DNA of 64,000 nucleotides from Acidobacteriota bacterium (GTDB lineage Bacteria; Acidobacteriota; UBA6911; RPQK01; CBDAPI01): NCBI GenBank assembly GCA_965214465.1, contig CBDCBX010000021.1, positions 943,197 to 1,007,196 of the forward strand, read 5' to 3'. Shown piece by piece: positions 60,920 to 64,000 of this stretch (position 1 is its first letter; each line of letters starts with the position of its first letter). The notes under the pieces were generated by a model. It saw only the letters and a program-made list of their open reading frames with translations, ran no database searches and was not told where the DNA came from. The position numbers and the translations under genes were made by a program.

Positions 60920-62119
60920 CTAACGCAGGCCTGGAAGCAGTGACCTCAACCAGATGGACAGGAACCCTCGATTGGCCACCCAGGCAGGGCGGTGCCAGAG
61001 AGCCCGGGGGGCCGCCTGCCGCACTTCCTTCCAACACCCTCGTTTCCGGTTGCGAAAGAGGCTGATCCCAAAGGCGAGACCGAGCGTCTCCGTCCGCAAA
61101 CCAGACAGGTCTCGAAGGCTCGCCGGCAGGTGATCAAAGAACCGCTCGATCGCCTCTCTCGACTGCTCCAGGCTTGTCGACGGTTCGTGCAGACCGTCGG
61201 CCGCATACGCAATTCTTGTGACCAGGCAATCCGAGGGTACCTTGAATTCCAGAGGGTCAATCCGGGCAGCTTTTTCCAGCCAGTGCCCGCCTCGGGCCGG
61301 ATTTCCGGAGGCGTAGTTAGCCCAGGCCAGGGCCCAGTAGGCATTGCTGAAGGCGCTTCGCCGGACTTGATCGGGAATTTCTACAGGGGCATCTCCCGAA
61401 AAGAACTTTCCCAGGATCCGGGGTAATGCAGACTCCACGTTCCGGCTCAGCGCGCGGGACGCCTTCGAATCCCCGTAGCGTCGAACAAAGGCCAGTACCT
61501 CCGGGACTTCGGCCAGGTGATAGCACCGGGCGATCCTCAGATACATATCCCAATCCTCGGGATGGAATACCTCGACATCGAAGCCTCCGACCCGCTCGAA
61601 GCAACGGCGCCGGATCGACACATTTCCGCACATCCAGTTGCCCATCAACAACCTCTGGAAGGCCTTGACCCGGTCATCCAATGCGATGGGAGCTCGGCCT
61701 TCCGTCCCAAAGGGTTTGCCATCCACATCCACCAACTTCACCCAGGAGTGAACCAGCCCGACCTCCGGCCGTGAATCAAGGACAGCGACCTGCTTCTTGA
61801 GCAGTGTAGGATCCCAGAAATCATCACTGTCCAGGAAGGCCAGGATCTCTCCCCGGGCGACCTCAATCCCCTTGTTTCGGGAGGCCGTGAGCCCCTGATT
61901 GGCCTGATGAAGATAGCGAATCCGACCCCGAAAGGGCTCGAGAACCTCTCTGGTGTTGTCCGTTGATCCGTCGTCAACGACAACAACCTCGAAGTCTCTC
62001 CAGGTCTGAGCAAGAGCGCTGGAAACCGCCTGGGGCAGATAGCGGGCATCGTTGAAGGTCGCAATGAGCACACTGACTCTGGGCAATGGATATTCACCGC
62101 GTCCTGGAGGTCTCTTCAC
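60920..62119 (-). CDS. Glycosyltransferase family 2, paralog of 59726..60916
   Basis: VSVLIATFNDARYLPQAVSSALAQT...VVVDDGSTD...FLDSDDFW. Confidence 0.8.
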   Translation of the reverse strand: MKRPPGRGEYPLPRVSVLIATFNDARYLPQAVSSALAQTWRDFEVVVVDDGSTDNTREVLEPFRGRIRYLHQANQGLTASRNKGIEVARGEILAFLDSDDFWDPTLLKKQVAVLDSRPEVGLVHSWVKLVDVDGKPFGTEGRAPIALDDRVKAFQRLLMGNWMCGNVSIRRRCFERVGGFDVEVFHPEDWDMYLRIARCYHLAEVPEVLAFVRRYGDSKASRALSRNVESALPRILGKFFSGDAPVEIPDQVRRSAFSNAYWALAWANYASGNPARGGHWLEKAARIDPLEFKVPSDCLVTRIAYAADGLHEPSTSLEQSREAIERFFDHLPASLRDLSGLRTETLGLAFGISLFRNRKRGCWKEVRQAAPRALWHRPAWVANRGFLSIWLRSLLPGLR

Positions 62120-63437
62120 TCGTCGTGGCCCCCGTAGAACGGACTTTAATGGAACTTAGATCAGGTACGAAAAAGCCGCTTTGCTGGTCTGCAACGGGGT
62201 TGAGTCCCTGCACCTCGAACAACTCGCTGACCGCCGTCGCCAGAGAGACTCCATCCAGGGCACCCCCCAGCTGGATCTCCAGATAGTAGTGCCCAGAGGA
62301 CAGCTGGAGCCGGGGCAGTTCGATCCGGATCTCACTCGTGCCCTCCGCAAATTGCAGTGAGTAGCCGTAGTCATCGGCCCGAAGCATGGCGGCTACGACG
62401 CCGTCCGAACGAACAAAACGGACCACCAGCCTGGATTCGGGAAGAGGCTCTTCCAACCACAGGCTGAGATCAATTTCGAACGGATCCCCGTGGTCGAAGC
62501 CCTGCCCCGCCCGTGGCCGGGTTGATCCAAATCGGATCTCTCTTATGAGTCCCGCCCCGGAAGACTTCCCAGAGAACGGTCCGGCCCCGAGTCCGTTATG
62601 GGTCTGCCAGGCCTGATAAGCGGCAATGCATGCCGCGCTGTCGCCATCGAACGCAATCTTCCCATCGGCTATGAACACGCTCCTGGGGCAAATGCTCTGC
62701 AACAGGTGAAGATTGTGAGACACAAGGACGATGGTTGTCCCTTTCCGGGTCAACTCCTGCACTCTTCTTGCGCAGCGCTGGCGAAAGGCGGAGTCGCCGA
62801 CAGCAAGCACCTCGTCTACCAGCAGAATTTCGGCTTCAACATGGGCGGCAACCGAGAATCCCAAACGGACATACATTCCTGAGGAGTATCTTTTCACCGG
62901 GGTATCCAGAAACTTCTCCAGGCCTGAAAACTCGACGATTCGATCGAAAACACCCTTAATTTCTCTGGTTCTGAGACCCAGGATGGCCGCCTTCAGGTAG
63001 ATGTTCTCGCGGCCAGTCAGCTCGGGATGAAACCCGGCTCCCAGTTCGAGAAGGGCAGCGACTCTTCCCTTTAGCAGCACCTGTCCTCGAGTGGGAGCCG
63101 CGACACCCGAAATCAACTTGAGAATAGTCGTTTTGCCGGATCCGTTAGGGCCTATGATTCCAAGTGCAGCACTCTGCTCGAGCTTCAGGCTGACGTCACG
63201 GAGGGCCCAGAAGGTCGAAGGAGACGGTCCTGCGGCAAGGCCGAGCCACCCTCGGGCCCTCCTGGTAATCTCAGCTCTCAAACTGGAACGCAGCTCGCCC
63301 AGCTGGTAGACCTTGGAGACATTTTTCAGTTCAATCACTGTCGCCAGCGCCTTAGAAAGAATCTTAAATAATATCTGCGAACTTCGGCTCGGAGCGCTTG
63401 AAGTACCAGTAACCGACCAGCACCAGGACCGTGACAA
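62094..63437 (-). CDS. wzt: ABC transporter ATP-binding protein for polysaccharide export (Wzt-like) with a C-terminal carbohydrate-binding domain
   Basis: Walker A GPNGSGKTT. ABC signature LSGGM...LLVDEVLAVGD. A ~150-aa C-terminal beta-rich domain. The true start may be the internal GTG near 63338. Confidence 0.8.
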   Translation of the reverse strand: MSRSWCWSVTGTSSAPSRSSQILFKILSKALATVIELKNVSKVYQLGELRSSLRAEITRRARGWLGLAAGPSPSTFWALRDVSLKLEQSAALGIIGPNGSGKTTILKLISGVAAPTRGQVLLKGRVAALLELGAGFHPELTGRENIYLKAAILGLRTREIKGVFDRIVEFSGLEKFLDTPVKRYSSGMYVRLGFSVAAHVEAEILLVDEVLAVGDSAFRQRCARRVQELTRKGTTIVLVSHNLHLLQSICPRSVFIADGKIAFDGDSAACIAAYQAWQTHNGLGAGPFSGKSSGAGLIREIRFGSTRPRAGQGFDHGDPFEIDLSLWLEEPLPESRLVVRFVRSDGVVAAMLRADDYGYSLQFAEGTSEIRIELPRLQLSSGHYYLEIQLGGALDGVSLATAVSELFEVQGLNPVADQQSGFFVPDLSSIKVRSTGATTSEETSRTR

Positions 63438-64000
63438 GGCAGAGGCTGATCAGAAGGGGAAGAGGCTGAGGAGCACTGCCTCTTAAACTGACTCTTCGAT
63501 AGGATTCGATCAAGAAAGCCATGGGGTTGAGCATATAAACCCACCGATACGAATCCGGCACCAGGCTGGCCGGGTAAATGACTGGAGAGGCAAACAGCCA
63601 GATCTGAAGCCCGAGGGGTACTACAAATCGTAGATCGCGAAAGCGGACGCAGAGTGCAGCGGCGGGAAACGCACATCCCAGGATCAGAAGAAACTGCACC
63701 AGCACGAGCACCGGCAACCAAAGCAGGGCGGCGCTCAAGGAAACGGAGTAGAAGAGAAAGAGCGGAGCCAGAATCAGACTGGCCACTGCCAGGTCGAAAA
63801 GAGCCGCAAAAGCGACTCCAATCGGCAACACTTCACGAGGAAAAGCGACTTTCTGCACCAGCGCCGTGTTCGCGGTCAAACTCGTGACTGCGCCGTTGAG
63901 TGCGTTGGACAAAAAGATCCAGGGAATGAGGCCTGTCAGCGAGAACACCGGGTAGGGAAGTCCGTCGCTGGGAACCCGGGCAAAAACGGAGAATACGACC
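63364..64000 (-). CDS. wzm: ABC-2 type polysaccharide export permease (Wzm-like), 5' end outside the window
   Basis: Multiple TM helices. ABC-2 family C-terminal region. Lies directly upstream of the ATPase. Confidence 0.7.
   Translation of the reverse strand, partial: VVFSVFARVPSDGLPYPVFSLTGLIPWIFLSNALNGAVTSLTANTALVQKVAFPREVLPIGVAFAALFDLAVASLILAPLFLFYSVSLSAALLWLPVLVLVQFLLILGCAFPAAALCVRFRDLRFVVPLGLQIWLFASPVIYPASLVPDSYRWVYMLNPMAFLIESYRRVSLRGSAPQPLPLLISLCLVTVLVLVGYWYFKRSEPKFADII

Noticed and set aside
1-64000. Search for CRISPR arrays, rRNA or prophage structural genes
   Set aside because: No spaced direct repeats of 25-40 bp with unique spacers. No rRNA-like conserved stretches. No capsid, terminase or integrase-like ORFs were seen.

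Overview
This is a 64 kb, high-GC (~60%+) bacterial chromosomal segment that is densely coding and rich in cell-surface and accessory functions. The taxonomic signal is vague, but DUF3500, S9 peptidase, PQQ-propeller, Tad/Flp and B12-radical-SAM content is typical of Acidobacteria-like soil bacteria.

Main contents, left to right:
- (i) A partial, large secreted protein built from tandem ~110-130 aa beta-sandwich-like repeats, on the minus strand and running off the window start.
- (ii) A translationally coupled six-gene operon (3228-9368): two paralogous DxD nucleotide-sugar-transferase-like proteins, a B12-binding radical-SAM/class-I methyltransferase fusion, a small Gly-repeat protein, a flavin-reductase-like protein and a SAM methyltransferase.
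- (iii) An O-antigen-ligase-family gene split by an IS element, and a second B12-radical-SAM gene.
- (iv) A Phd/YefM-VapC toxin-antitoxin pair with palindromic operators, an S9 peptidase, membrane and hypothetical genes, a PQQ-repeat propeller, an OmpA-family protein, an AstE/AspA-family hydrolase and a DUF3500 protein.
- (v) A ~7.8 kb Rhs/YD-repeat gene, currently split by a single-base homopolymer frameshift, with a Sec signal peptide, a novel N-terminal repeat module and an unassigned C-terminal toxin-like domain with no obvious immunity gene.
- (vi) An SDR, a split ComDE-like TPP decarboxylase, a class I fumarase and an acyl-CoA desaturase.
- (vii) TadG-like and Flp pilin genes and tRNA-Glu(CUC).
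- (viii) A >18 kb surface-polysaccharide locus on the minus strand (Wzm/Wzt ABC exporter, seven glycosyltransferases, a Wzy/WaaL-like protein, an ArnT-like protein, a WbaP-like initiating transferase, a Wzc-like tyrosine kinase and a GHMP kinase).

Three copies of one ~1.65 kb IS4/IS5-superfamily element (YREK transposase, 13-bp terminal inverted repeats, 4-bp YTAR target duplications) are present. Two interrupt surface-glycan genes and one copy is decayed. Several genes carry frameshifts at short homopolymers, which may be assembly errors. Three intergenic sites carry (GGGTKCT)n heptamer repeats that match G-quadruplex consensus. No CRISPR array and no rRNA were seen.
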